A stretch of 64,000 nt of DNA from an uncultured Planctomycetota bacterium. GTDB lineage: Bacteria; Planctomycetota; Planctomycetia; Isosphaerales; Isosphaeraceae. The stretch is from contig CAVTTN010000002.1 in the NCBI GenBank assembly GCA_963737655.1, positions 4,608,001-4,672,000 of the forward strand, given 5' to 3'. Below the pieces are notes generated by a model. It saw nothing but the letters and a program-made list of their open reading frames with translations, made no database searches and was not told where the DNA came from. A program made the translations under genes and the position numbers. Of this stretch, positions 29,286-40,100 are shown piece by piece; the stretch's first letter is position 1; every line of letters begins with the position of its first letter.

Positions 29286-29990
29286 TCAACCGAAGAACTT
29301 CGGCACGTTGACGTTGTAGAATTCGGCCTCGAGGTATTCCAGGAGCAGGGCCGTATCCAGGATCGCCAGGTCGTTGCCGGCGGAGGGGGACGTGCTGAAC
29401 GTCGGCGTGGGGCCGCCGTTGAGGCTGGAGATGAACGGGGTCACGGCCGTGACGACCTCGTCGATCGTCAGGGGGGAGGCGAAGGCGGAGCCCTCGGGCA
29501 CGATCGTCGAGTTCAGGAGGGTATTCAGGAAGCCCGAGTGGTAGGCCTCGACCAGGGCGATCGAGCCGGCCTCGGAGAGGAGCGTCTTGTCCAGGATATA
29601 AGGCAGGGCGCCGAGATAGGCGCCCACGCCCGTGTTCTCGAAGGTCTGGGCCATCACGGCGAACTCGTGATAGCTGGACGCTTCCAGGTTCTGGAACGTG
29701 GGCTTGGGCCGGGCGTTGGCGCCCAGGGCCTTGGCGATCGTGTCCACGTGGGTATTCTCGTCGGCCTGGATCTCCTTGAAGTTCCGCTCGTCCCACCGGG
29801 AATAGAGCTCGGGGAGCTTCTTGCCGAGGTTCGACTTCTTCTTGCCGGCGGCCAGGGCCGGGCGGGCCGAGACCAGGGCGGCGGCCGGGACGGCGATCGA
29901 GCCGGCCGCGACCGACCACGAGAGGAACGAGCGGCGCGAGGGGGCCTCGGGCGAGGCGTCGTCGGCCGGGCGGGTGCTGTCGAGGGACAT
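29286..29990 (-). CDS. Tat-exported ferritin-like domain protein
   Basis: SRRSFL Tat motif; DENTHV, FENTGVGAYLGA, VEAYH, LEYLEAEFY di-iron-type motifs. Confidence 0.85.
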   Translation of the reverse strand: MSLDSTRPADDASPEAPSRRSFLSWSVAAGSIAVPAAALVSARPALAAGKKKSNLGKKLPELYSRWDERNFKEIQADENTHVDTIAKALGANARPKPTFQNLEASSYHEFAVMAQTFENTGVGAYLGALPYILDKTLLSEAGSIALVEAYHSGFLNTLLNSTIVPEGSAFASPLTIDEVVTAVTPFISSLNGGPTPTFSTSPSAGNDLAILDTALLLEYLEAEFYNVNVPKFFG

Positions 29991-30311
29991 GGTGCGAACT
30001 CTCCGGGGAAGACGGGCCGGCGAGGCCGGGCGGACGAAGCCCCGCCGATCGGTCGGGATCGGGTCTGCGCTGATCCGATGAACAAGAGTAGAAACGAAAC
30101 GATGAGAATCGACAAGGCCCGGGCCGGCCGCGATCGCAAAAAAACGAAGGCGGGCCGTCTGGGGGAAGGGGCGTCGTCTCTGGTACTCTCGAAAATGGAA
30201 GAATGGCGGCGACAGTGCGCGAACTTTTCGCCGCCGGCCGTCGAACTAGCGACCAGGGCCAATCCGCGCGAGGCGGGCGGGCCGATCGAGGACGAACCGG
30301 GGAGGCTTGCG

Positions 30312-32117
30312 TTGTTTGCCGGACCGATCATCGCGAGGGAAGTCCTGACCGCCCCGCGCCCCCTCCGTTTCTACGCCACTCGGGCGTCATTCGCCGGGCT
30401 CCTCTTCATCCTCATGTGGACCGCCTGGCAGGTGCTCGTCGGCTGGCGGGAGACGACCGAGATCGGCCTGGTCGCCCGCTTCGGCTCGATCCTCTTCGGG
30501 ATGTTCGTCTACCTCCAGCTCGCGCTCATGCTGTTCTTCGCCCCGTTGGCCGCGGCCACGGCCGTGGCCCATGAGAAGGACCGCCGGACGTTCGTCCTCT
30601 TGCTCATGACCGACCTCTCGGACCTGGAGATCGTCCTGGGGAAGCTCCTGGCCAGCCTCCTGCAGATCGGCACGCTGCTCCTGGCCGGCGCACCGGTGTA
30701 TTTCCTCTGCATCCTCCTGGGAGGGGTGGGGCCGACCCAGGTCCTGGAAGTCCTCGGGGTCACGGCGGCGGCCGGGCTGGCCGGCGGCTGTCTCGGGCTG
30801 CTAGTGGCCCTGGCCCGCGACCGGACGTTCCAATCCCTGGCGCTGACGGTCCTCCTGATCGTCCTGGGGATCGCCGGGATCGAGGCGTTCGGCGGCCTCG
30901 TCGGCGAGACGGTCTCGGGCGTGTCGATCCGGGCGGCCCTCAACCCATTCCGCGCGGCGGCCGAGATCCTCAGCCCGCCGAAGGCGTCCGGGTCGATCCC
31001 GCTGACGGGTCTGATCTTCTCCGGGGCTAGCGCCCTGGCCTCGGCCGGGCTGATCGGCCTGGGCGTCTGGAAGCTCCGCCAATGGAACCCGAGCAAGAAT
31101 GAGCCCCGAGACCCCGCCGACGAACCCGAGGAATCCAGCGAGGCGATCGTCTCGATCGTCGGGGCGGAGGCCGTCCCGGGCGACCTGACCGGTACGGGCC
31201 TGCGAGTCCCCCGCCGGGCCCATCGCCGGATCGCCCCGGCCGCCGGCTCCTATCGCCGTCCGTGGAACAACCCGATCCTCTGGCGGGAGCTCATGACCAA
31301 GGCCTACGGCTCCAAGCCGATCCTGATCAAGGCCGCCTACGTCCTGAGCTTCGCCCTGGGCGTCGCCTATTTCTACGCCAATCCCGACATGGAGGCCGAC
31401 CCCTGGAGGCCCGCCAAGGCGATCATCCCCCTCGCGGTCCTCAGCCTGATCCTGATCAACGCCCAGGGCGTGACCTCCTTGACCAGCGAGAGGGACACCG
31501 GCGCCCTGGACCTCCTCCTGGTCACCGAGCTCAGCCCCAAGGAATTCGTCTATGGCAAGCTCTACGGCGTCCTGTACAACACCAAGGAGATGCTCGCGCT
31601 GCCCGTCCTCCTGACGCTCTGGCTGGCGATCCGGGGGTACGTCAGCGGCGAGAATGCCGTGTTCCTGATCGTCGATTTCCTGCTCCTGGCCCACTTCGCG
31701 GCCATGCTGGGCATCCATGCCGCGATCACGTACACGAACAGTCGGGCGGCCGTCGCCCACAGCCTCGGCACCATCTTCTTCCTGATGGTCGGGATCGCCC
31801 TCTGCGCCTTCCTGATCCTCCAGAGCGACCGAGGGTTCGGCCGGCAGCTCCTGAGCTTCATGATCTTCATCGGGGCCGGCAGCGTGGCGCTGAACGGGTC
31901 TCTCGGCGCCAGGAACCCCTCGCAGGCGATCTTCATCGTCTCCCTGCTCACGCCGTTCTGGTCGTTCTACTGCGTGGTCAGCCTGATGGAGTCGGCGTTC
32001 CTCGCCGCGTTCCTGTTCAGCGTGGGGGTGTACGGCTTCGCCCTGCTCGCGATGCTCATCCCGGCCGTGAGCGACTTCGACATCGCCCTCGGCCGGACCA
32101 ACGCCATCCAGGGATGA
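30312..32117 (+). CDS. ABC-2 type transporter permease with two membrane halves
   Basis: GGAGG RBS + TTG; EKDRRTFVLLLMT..EIVLGKL and SERDTGALDLLLVT..EFVYGKL motifs; many TM helices. Confidence 0.85.
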   Translation: MFAGPIIAREVLTAPRPLRFYATRASFAGLLFILMWTAWQVLVGWRETTEIGLVARFGSILFGMFVYLQLALMLFFAPLAAATAVAHEKDRRTFVLLLMTDLSDLEIVLGKLLASLLQIGTLLLAGAPVYFLCILLGGVGPTQVLEVLGVTAAAGLAGGCLGLLVALARDRTFQSLALTVLLIVLGIAGIEAFGGLVGETVSGVSIRAALNPFRAAAEILSPPKASGSIPLTGLIFSGASALASAGLIGLGVWKLRQWNPSKNEPRDPADEPEESSEAIVSIVGAEAVPGDLTGTGLRVPRRAHRRIAPAAGSYRRPWNNPILWRELMTKAYGSKPILIKAAYVLSFALGVAYFYANPDMEADPWRPAKAIIPLAVLSLILINAQGVTSLTSERDTGALDLLLVTELSPKEFVYGKLYGVLYNTKEMLALPVLLTLWLAIRGYVSGENAVFLIVDFLLLAHFAAMLGIHAAITYTNSRAAVAHSLGTIFFLMVGIALCAFLILQSDRGFGRQLLSFMIFIGAGSVALNGSLGARNPSQAIFIVSLLTPFWSFYCVVSLMESAFLAAFLFSVGVYGFALLAMLIPAVSDFDIALGRTNAIQG

Positions 32118-32119
32118 TC

Positions 32120-32192
32120 CCGTAGGGTGCATGAAATGCACCGGCTTCGATTGACGAGGGATCGAAGCCGGTGCATTTCCTGCACCCTACGG
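32120..32192. repeat. GTAG-type REP doublet forming a near-perfect hairpin between convergent genes
   Basis: GTAGGGTGCATGAAATGCACC at 32122-32142; inverted copy 32170-32190. Confidence 0.88.
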
Positions 32193-32645
32193 CGCCTTCC
32201 TCAACGCGTCCGGCACGGGCTTCCCGGCCAGATAATAGACATATGCCGCGACGGCCCGCCGATCCTCCTCGGGCAACCACGCCTTCCAGCCGGTCATCGA
32301 CGTGCCGGGAACCCCGTCGGCGATCACTCGGAGGACATCGGCCGGCGTCTCGCCATGTTTCCAGGGCCCGGAGAAGTCGCGGGGCTTCGGCGGGGCCATC
32401 GTCGCCGAAAGCGGGCCGTCCCCCCGACCGTTCGGGCCATGGCAAGTCACGCACCGGCCCAGATACGCCTCGCGACCGGCCACGAGCAAGGAATCGCCCG
32501 CGATCTCGGCCGGAGGGGGCCCCGGTTTCGGCTTCAGGAACGAATAGCCCCCCACGGCCGCCGCAAGCAGCAAGAGCATGCCGAGGAAGATCCACCGAGA
32601 GGCCGCCGGGTCGATCCCCAGGTCGGCCGGCCGAGGCTCGTCCAC
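32187..32645 (-). CDS. Membrane-anchored monoheme c-type cytochrome
   Basis: One TM helix, CVTCHG..GRGDGP, PRDF, GVPGTSM; GTG start with GGGAGG RBS. Confidence 0.88.
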   Translation of the reverse strand: MDEPRPADLGIDPAASRWIFLGMLLLLAAAVGGYSFLKPKPGPPPAEIAGDSLLVAGREAYLGRCVTCHGPNGRGDGPLSATMAPPKPRDFSGPWKHGETPADVLRVIADGVPGTSMTGWKAWLPEEDRRAVAAYVYYLAGKPVPDALRKAP

Positions 32646-32753
32646 CTTACGTCCCTCCCGATGCGGGCCCCAGTCCGGGGCCCGCGACCGAGGGAGTGTA
32701 GGCGGACGAGGGCCGGGACTCAAGCCGTCGGCCGACCGGCGATCGTCCGCGCC

Positions 32754-33185
32754 TCAGCGGCGGCCCTTCGCCTTCTTGGGCGTCGCCGGGTTGTTGTCCA
32801 TGTTCATGGCGCGGGTGAAGTCCTCGTCCCGGTAGATGTGGACCGGGTCCATGCCCAGGATCATGTACTTGACCTCCTTCGGCCCGGGGTCGCCCTTGAG
32901 GGTCAGGGTGACGTCGAAGGTCTGCGTCCCCTCGCCCGTGGACTCTCCGCGAACGGCATAGTCGATCAGGGCCTTGCCGGCCTTCCATTCGAAGTCCGTG
33001 GCCTCGATCTTCGCCCCTTCCGCTTGGAGGCTGGCGGCGGGCTTGCCCGCCTTCCAGGCGTCCAGCGCGGTCTGGAGCGCCTGGCGGGCGTCGGCGACCG
33101 AGGGTAAGGGGGCCGGCCCCCCCCCTCCGCAGCCGGCCAGGGCGATCACGAGGGGCAACGACCCGAGGATTCGTCGTCGGTTCAT
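32754..33185 (-). CDS. Lipoprotein of unknown function (DUF1559 partner)
   Basis: LAGC lipobox; ALQTALDAWKAGKPA motif shared with 35111-35618. Confidence 0.8.
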   Translation of the reverse strand: MNRRRILGSLPLVIALAGCGGGGPAPLPSVADARQALQTALDAWKAGKPAASLQAEGAKIEATDFEWKAGKALIDYAVRGESTGEGTQTFDVTLTLKGDPGPKEVKYMILGMDPVHIYRDEDFTRAMNMDNNPATPKKAKGRR

Positions 33186-33207
33186 CGACGGGGCTCCCGA
33201 TCGAGAT

Positions 33208-34266
33208 TCAATAGGCATCGCCGGGGATCACCTCGCCGCCGGACCGGGTGCCCAGGGCCCTCCACGTGGCCATCGCCACGCCGTTCTTGACGAACCGGAC
33301 CGAGCCGTCTCCCATCATCACGTTCACCCCGCCGGGGTGCTGGCTGCTGGGCGGGACCTGCATCGGCATGTTCGCCATCGATCCGGGGAAGCCCGTGCCC
33401 GCGCACGTCTTGCCGTTGGGCGTGGTCACGTGGTTGTACGACGTGCAGCACATCTCGCCCATGACCCAGCTCATCCCCTGGCGGCGAGTCAGCCGCGTGC
33501 TGGTCAGCGGGTTGAGCGCCTGGCACGCCTGGTAGGTGGCCGTCACGCCGTCGGGGACCAGGCTGATCGACCCGGACATGATCATCGAGTCCGACCGGGA
33601 GTCGGAGTCGTTCTTGTCGTTGCCCTTGATCTTCTCGCTGAAGAACGCCGTGCTGCTCAGGCCGTCGGTGATGTCGGCCATCCTCACGGCGCTCTGGTAG
33701 TAGAAGATCCCCTGCATCTGCTCGGCGGGGGCGACCGTCGAGGGGACCGACTCGCTGAGGTCGCACGCCCAGGACTGGAGGTTCCCCAGGTAATTGTTCC
33801 CCCCCGGCCACTCGCCCAGCAGCGACGAGCTGGCGTCCGACGGGCACAGGAACGCGCTGATCTGCACCCGGCAGGAGGTCGCGTTCTCCCGATTGGTGTT
33901 CTGATAGGCCGGCATGAACGGCACGTCCCCGGCCATCCCGGGCGTCTCGGGCGCGAGGCTGAAGTTGATGCTGTTGAATACGTTGCCCTGCTCGATGAAC
34001 AGAAGGAGCTGGCTATGGGCCGACCATCGCGCATAGGCGGAGGCGCCGGGATAGTTCAGGCCCTTGCCGAACGGCAGGACGCTGAAGGTGCTGACGTAGT
34101 TGTGCAGGGCCAGGCCGATCTGCTTCAGGTTGTTCGTGCACTGGGCGCGTCGGCCCGCCTCCCTCGCCGCCTGGACGGCCGGCAACAGCAGGGCGATCAG
34201 GATGCCGATGATCGCGATCACCACGAGCAGCTCGATGAGCGTGAAACCCCGGCGAATGCGGGACAT
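33208..34266 (-). CDS. DUF1559 prepilin-like protein
   Basis: [55 protein letters not shown]. Confidence 0.95.
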   Translation of the reverse strand: MSRIRRGFTLIELLVVIAIIGILIALLLPAVQAAREAGRRAQCTNNLKQIGLALHNYVSTFSVLPFGKGLNYPGASAYARWSAHSQLLLFIEQGNVFNSINFSLAPETPGMAGDVPFMPAYQNTNRENATSCRVQISAFLCPSDASSSLLGEWPGGNNYLGNLQSWACDLSESVPSTVAPAEQMQGIFYYQSAVRMADITDGLSSTAFFSEKIKGNDKNDSDSRSDSMIMSGSISLVPDGVTATYQACQALNPLTSTRLTRRQGMSWVMGEMCCTSYNHVTTPNGKTCAGTGFPGSMANMPMQVPPSSQHPGGVNVMMGDGSVRFVKNGVAMATWRALGTRSGGEVIPGDAY

Positions 34267-34495
34267 GGGACGCCTCTCGATCGAAGAATGAGGAGATCGT
34301 GAAGGGATGCGCGAAGACGGAGGCCCGGTCGCCGCCGCCAGCCGCGAGGAGGGACCGGGGCGCCTGAGTCGGGATCACGGCCCGACGAGACGGGGCAACG
34401 ACCTGGCGACGATTCGTTCCCTGGTGGATGACGAATCGAGGCCATGTCGGCCCGCCGTCTCGTCGGGAGCGACGACGAGATGGGGCGGATGAGGC

Positions 34496-34904
34496 TCAGG
34501 AGGGGCGTCGAGGGGGGCGATCGACGTTGGAGGATCGGCCGATCGGATCGAGGGAGGGAGACGCCGCGAGGTGACCGACGGGGCGGCAGTCCCGATCCGG
34601 ACGGGGCGAGGTCTCGGCGAGGAGGTCCGGCCTCGGGGCCGGGGAGGAGGTCTCCGCCAGGGGGGACGGCGAAGGCCGGGAGCAGGCCGTCCCGTTGCAT
34701 TGCGGCGACGGGTGGCCCATCGGTGCCGGATCGCCGTCGAGGGCGCCGAGGCGGGCGAGGCCCTCCAGGTAGGCCGGGGCGTGCGACCGCTCGTCCGAGC
34801 ATCCGGCGCGTCGGCCGGGTCGTGCCGAGCATGGCCGCCCCGCAGAGGACGGCCAGGATCGCCAAGCGTGGGGACCGGAGGCCGCCGACGGCCCGGGAGA
34901 TCAT
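34496..34904 (-). CDS. Small exported leader protein with CxGxxC and C-terminal RPPR; apparent frameshift near 34815
   Basis: Signal-like MISRAV..LAILAVLCGAAMLG in one frame; AGCSDERSH..QCNGTACSRP..DRPPRRPS* in another. Confidence 0.55.
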
Positions 34905-35110
34905 CCCGCCTGGAACCTCGCTTGAAGGAGGGGGGAGAAGGCCGTCGGCCGGGCGTGGGCGGTCACGGCGCCAGGCCCGGCCTCGGCTCCGAGCAAATCT
35001 ACACTGGACCGTCCGCCGAGACAAGCGATATCCTGCTTGGAACGGGGGTCGGAGGGATCGTCGATCGGTCGAAACCCGGGCGAGTCCGACCCTCGGGAGA
35101 CCGTGGCTCC

Positions 35111-35618
35111 ATGACCAAACCATCGCCGGGCGCGGGCCCACCGGGTCGAGCGTCGTGCTGGACCGGGGCCCTGGCCCTTCTCCTGCTGGCTGGATGCGGC
35201 GGGGGGGAGCCGCCGCGATCGATCGTGCCCGACGCCCCGACCGGTCGGGCCGCCCTGGAGACGGCCCTGTCGGCGTGGCGGGCCGGGAAGCCGGCCGGCC
35301 GGCTCGACGTCGCCTCGCCCGGGATCCAGGTCATCGACACGTTCCGCGCCGGGCCAGTCGCTCCGGGGCTTCGAGATCCTCGCCGACGTCGCCTCGCCCC
35401 GGGCCCGGACCTTCAGCGTCCGCCTCAACCTGGCCGATCCCGAGGAGGCGCCCGTGGTGCGATTCCTGGTCGTGGGGATCGACCCGATCCTGGTCTTCCG
35501 CCAGGAAGATTATGAACTGATCTCGCATTGGGAACACAAGATGGACCCCGGAGACGAGAAGACGGCCGCCACGCCCGGCCTCGCCACCGAGCCCGGGGCC
35601 GGGGCATCCCCGAACTGA
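35111..35618 (+). CDS. Lipoprotein, paralogue of 32754-33185; frameshifted near 35355
   Basis: LLAGC lipobox; ALETALSAWRAGKPA; second frame FLVVGIDPILVFRQEDY matches YMILGMDPVHIYRDEDF of the paralogue. Confidence 0.75.
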
Positions 35619-35626
35619 GGTCGAGC

Positions 35627-37168
35627 ATGTCCGCGATCACCCCGCAGGACGGACAGGGCCCCTCCGACGATCGGGCCGTCCCTCTCCCGGGACGGCGGGC
35701 GAGGTGGCTCTGGGCCGCCCGGGCGGTCCAGGTCCGGCTCCGATTCCTGATCGCCCTGGTCGTGGCCTTCCTCGTCGTGGGCCGATGGGAGACGATCCGC
35801 GCCTACTGGGACCGGCTGACGGCGGCGTCATCGAATCGGTCCGACGACGGGGCCGTCTCTCCCGACACCGAATACTTCTGCCCGATGGACCCCGGCGTCC
35901 TCTCCGACTGGCCGAACAAGTGCCCCGTCTGCCACATGGCCCTGGTCCGCCGGAAGAAGGGGGACATGGGCCCCCTGCCCTCCGGGGTGCTCGCCCGGGT
36001 CCAGATCTCGCCCGATCGGTTGATGCTGGCCGGGGTCCGCACGGAGGCCGTCGGGTATCGCCCCCTGGAGCGCCGGATCGCCCTGGTGGGTGAGGTGGTC
36101 CGGGGGGCCGCGACCGGCGGCCGGCTCTCGGCGGAGATCGGGCCGGAGGAGGCATCGTGGCTCGTTGAGGCGCGGGCGGCGGAGGTCCGGCCCGACCCGC
36201 CCGACGGATCGGCCCCGACTCCGGCCCGGGTCGTCGTCATCGAGGGAGACTCCGGTCCCAGGCGGGTCGTGATCGAGTGGGCCGAGGCGCCCGGCACGCC
36301 CCGGGCCGGCCGGTTCGCCTCGGCCACGGTCCGCGTGCCGATGGCCGAGCGCGACCCGTTCCGCGGGATGCCCCGGGGGACGCCGGAGGTCCGTCCGGGC
36401 GAGCCCCGGTCCGTGTTCCTCTGTCCGGACCATCCTGACGTCGTGAAACTGGGGTCGGGGACCTGCCCGAAGGACGGATCGCCCCTGGTCCTCGCCGAGC
36501 TCGGCAAGGCGGAAAAAGTCGGATGGTGGTGCCCGATGCACCCCGCCGTCACGGCCGACTCGCCCGGCCGCGAGTGTGCCGAGTGCGGAGGGATGGCCCT
36601 GGTCCCGCGGGTCCTGCGCTTCAGCCCGCCCGGAGAGGTCCTGGCGGTCCCGGAATCGGCCGTGATCGACACCGGGGCGAGGACGGTCGTTTACGTCGAG
36701 CGGATGGCCGGCATGTTCGACGCGGTCGAGGTCCGCCTCGGGCCGAGGTGCGGCGGAGAGTTCCCGGTGGTCGAGGGCCTGGAGGCCGGCCAGAGGGTGG
36801 CGATGTCCGGGGCGTTCCTGATCGACGCCGAGACCCGGCTGAACCCGTCGCTGGCGGCGGGATACTTCGGGGCGACCCGGACCGACGCCCCCGCCCGGCC
36901 CGGCCCGGTCGCCCCGGCGCCGAAGGCCGCCCGGGCCTTGGACTTCACCGGCCTCTCGCCGGCCGATCGGGCCCGGGCGATCGAGCAGAAGGATTGCCCC
37001 GTCACCGGGAAGCCCCTGGGCTCGATGGGACCGCCGTTCCGAACGAGCGCCCGGGGGCGAGACGTCTTCCTCTGCTGCGACGGATGCGAGGACGCGCTCA
37101 AGGAGGAGCCCGAGAAGTATCTCGCCCGGATCAAGGTCCGGGCACGACCGCCGGTGGCACGCCCATGA
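35627..37168 (+). CDS. CusB-like RND periplasmic adaptor with several heavy-metal-binding domains and C-terminal YHS-like domain
   Basis: YFCPMD..CPVCHM, FLCPDH..CPKDG, WWCPMH..CAECGGM; AVPESAVIDTG; GAFLIDAE; CPVTG..LGSMG..CCDGC. Confidence 0.88.
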   Translation: MSAITPQDGQGPSDDRAVPLPGRRARWLWAARAVQVRLRFLIALVVAFLVVGRWETIRAYWDRLTAASSNRSDDGAVSPDTEYFCPMDPGVLSDWPNKCPVCHMALVRRKKGDMGPLPSGVLARVQISPDRLMLAGVRTEAVGYRPLERRIALVGEVVRGAATGGRLSAEIGPEEASWLVEARAAEVRPDPPDGSAPTPARVVVIEGDSGPRRVVIEWAEAPGTPRAGRFASATVRVPMAERDPFRGMPRGTPEVRPGEPRSVFLCPDHPDVVKLGSGTCPKDGSPLVLAELGKAEKVGWWCPMHPAVTADSPGRECAECGGMALVPRVLRFSPPGEVLAVPESAVIDTGARTVVYVERMAGMFDAVEVRLGPRCGGEFPVVEGLEAGQRVAMSGAFLIDAETRLNPSLAAGYFGATRTDAPARPGPVAPAPKAARALDFTGLSPADRARAIEQKDCPVTGKPLGSMGPPFRTSARGRDVFLCCDGCEDALKEEPEKYLARIKVRARPPVARP

Positions 37169-40100
37169 TCGACGCGATCATCGGCTTCTCGATCCGCCAT
37201 CGCGTCGCGGTGATCCTCGCCAGCCTGGTCCTGGCCGGGCTGGGGCTGCTCGGCCTCGCCGACGTGCCGATCGACGCCATCCCCGACCTCTCCGAGGACG
37301 ACGTGATCGTCTTCGCCGACTGGCCCGGCCACAGCCCCCGGGAGGTCGAGGATGGCGTGACCTACCCCCTGGCCCTGGAGCTCCAGGGCATCCGGGGCGC
37401 GAAGGCGGTCCGCTCGTCGAGCGACTTCAATTTCTCGATGATTCACGTGATCCTCGACGAATCGGTCGGCGTCGCCGAGGGGCGGCGACGAGTCGCCGAG
37501 AGGCTGGCCCGGGGCGGGGCGGAGTTCCCCCCCGGGGTGGTCCCCCGGCTCGGCCCCGACGCCCCGGCGACCGGCCAGATCTTCTGGTATACCGTCGAGG
37601 GGCCGGGGATCGACGTCTCCCGGCTCCGGGCGATCCAGGACTGGTCGGTCAAGCCCCAGCTCGCCGCGGTCCCGGGCGTGGCCGAGGTCGCCACCGTCGG
37701 CGGCGCCCCCCTGGAATATCAGGTCGAGATCGACCCGAACCGACTCAGGGCCCGCGGCGTGACCCTGCCGGAGGTCGTCGAGGCGATCGCCCGGGCCAAC
37801 GCGTCGGTCGGCGGCCACGTCGTCCACAAGGCCAACGCCGAATACCTCGTCCGGGGCGAGGCGTGGCTCGGTTCGGGATCGGGCGAGGGCACGGGGGACG
37901 TCGCGACCAGGGTCGTCCGGGACCTCGAAGCCATCCTCCTGAACGGCCCCGGAGGCCGCGCCGTCCGGGTCGCCGACGTGGCGAAGGTGGCCGTCGGTCC
38001 CGGGCCTCGCCGGGGGGTCCTGGAGAAGGACGGCGCGGACGCCGTCGGCGGGGTCGTCCTGATGGCCTCGGGCGAGAACCCCCTGGACGTCACCCGGCGG
38101 CTGAAGGCCCGGATTCGCGAGGTCGCCGCCGGGCTCCCCCCGGGCGTCTCGATCGTCCCGTTCTACGACCGCACCCCGCTGATCGAAGGGGCGATCGCCA
38201 CCGTCACGGGGACGCTGATCGAGGCCATTTTGACCGCGACGATCTGCGTCCTGGTGGTCCTCCTCCACCTCCGGGCCTCGCTGATCATCGCGATCACCCT
38301 GCCCCTGGCGGCCCTCGGGTCGTTCGCGATCATGGCGGCCCTCCGACGATCGGGCCTGGTGGAGATCCAGACCAATATCATGTCCCTGGCCGGGATCGCC
38401 ATCTCGATCGGGGTCCTCGTCGATTCCTCGGTCGTCGTGGCCGAGAACGCGATGCACGCCCTCCGCGAGCACTTCGGCGATCGGCCGGTCCGGGGGGACG
38501 TCCGACCGATCGTCCTGCCGGCGTGCCGGGCGGTGGGCCGGCCGATCTTCTTCTCGGTGGTGATCATGCTCCTCTCGTTCCTCCCGGTCTTCGCCCTGGG
38601 GGGGATCGAGGGGAAGATGTTCCGGCCCCTGGCGATCACCAAGACCCTGGCCCTGCTGACCGTCGCGGCGCTGTCGATCACGCTGGTCCCGGCCCTCTGC
38701 ACGATCTTCATCCGGGGTCGGCTGAGGCCGGAGATGGACAGCCCGATCGTCCGAGGGGTGGCCGAGGTCTACCGGCCCGTCCTGGCCTCCCTGCTCGTGA
38801 ACCCGGCCCCGCTGGTCCTGGTCCTGGGGCTCACCTTCGTGGTGGGGCTCGCGCCGGTCGGCAGCCGTCCGCTCCTGCTCTCGGCCCTGTTCCTCGCCCT
38901 GGTCGCCTGCGGGCTGACGGCGAGGACCCGGTGGGGGCGGCTCGGCGGGATGATCTCCCTGGTCGTCGCGGCCCTGGTCGCCGAATCGACGATGACCCCT
39001 CTGGGCCGGGAGTTCGTCACCCCCCTGGATGAGGGGATGATCATGGACATGCCCATCACCGTGCCCCGGGCCTCCGTGACCCAGTCCGCCGACGATTTGA
39101 AGGCCCGGGACATGGCCCTCTGCCGGTTCCCCGAGGTCGCGATGGTCGTCGGCAAGGCCGGGAGGGCCGAGACCCCCACCGACCCCGCGCCCATGGACAT
39201 GATCGAGAGCATGGTGGACTTCCGCCCCCGCGAGCTCTGGCCCCGGCGCTCGCTCCGGCCCGCGGACGCCCGCGACCTGGCCCGGGCCGTGCTCGACGCG
39301 CTCCAGTCCCGGGGCTGGATCGCCCCGGTCCGCGACCCCTCGGCGACGCTCGCCGCCGGCCTGGCGGAGATCCTCCCCCGCCTCGACGCCCAGATGCGCG
39401 AATTCGCTTATCTCAAGAACTCCGAATTCCTCCACGAGCACGCCGCCGAGCTCGGGCCGGATTCGCTCGACGGCGAGACGCCCCGGCGCCGGGAACTCTG
39501 GAGGGCCCACGTCGCGGCGCTCAATGCCGAGCTGGTCGGCCGGGCCGCCGACCTCTTCGCCCGGCTCGCCCTGGAGGAGTTCCTCGCCCGGGCCGGCGCG
39601 ACCGACCCGGCCGTCGGCGCCATCGTCGAGGAGATCCGCCGTCGCCGGGACCGCCCGCCCGCCGCATCGCGACCGTCCGAGGCCCACCACCACCAACATG
39701 GGATGAGCCGGCCGAGTGAGGCCCCGCCGATCCCCCCCCTGCCGCAGGTCGAGGCCCTCCAGGAGCAGCTCGCCTCGGCCTTCGCCCGACGCCTGATCCT
39801 CTGGCGCAAGGAGCGATCCGACCTGGTCGGCTCCGGCTCCGAGCTCGACCGCGCCGTGCAGATGCCCGGATGGTCGAACATCTGGACCATGCCGATCCAG
39901 AACCGCGTGGACATGCTCGCCACCGGCGTGAACACGACCGTGGGCGTCCGCGTCCTCGGCCGCGACCTGGATTCGGTGGTCGTGGCCTCCGAGCGGATCG
40001 CCGAGGCCCTGAAGCGCCTGCCCGGCGCCGCCGACGTGGTGGCCGACCCGATCCGGGGCAAGGGCTACCTGGAGATCCGGGCCGACCGCGCCCGCGCCGC

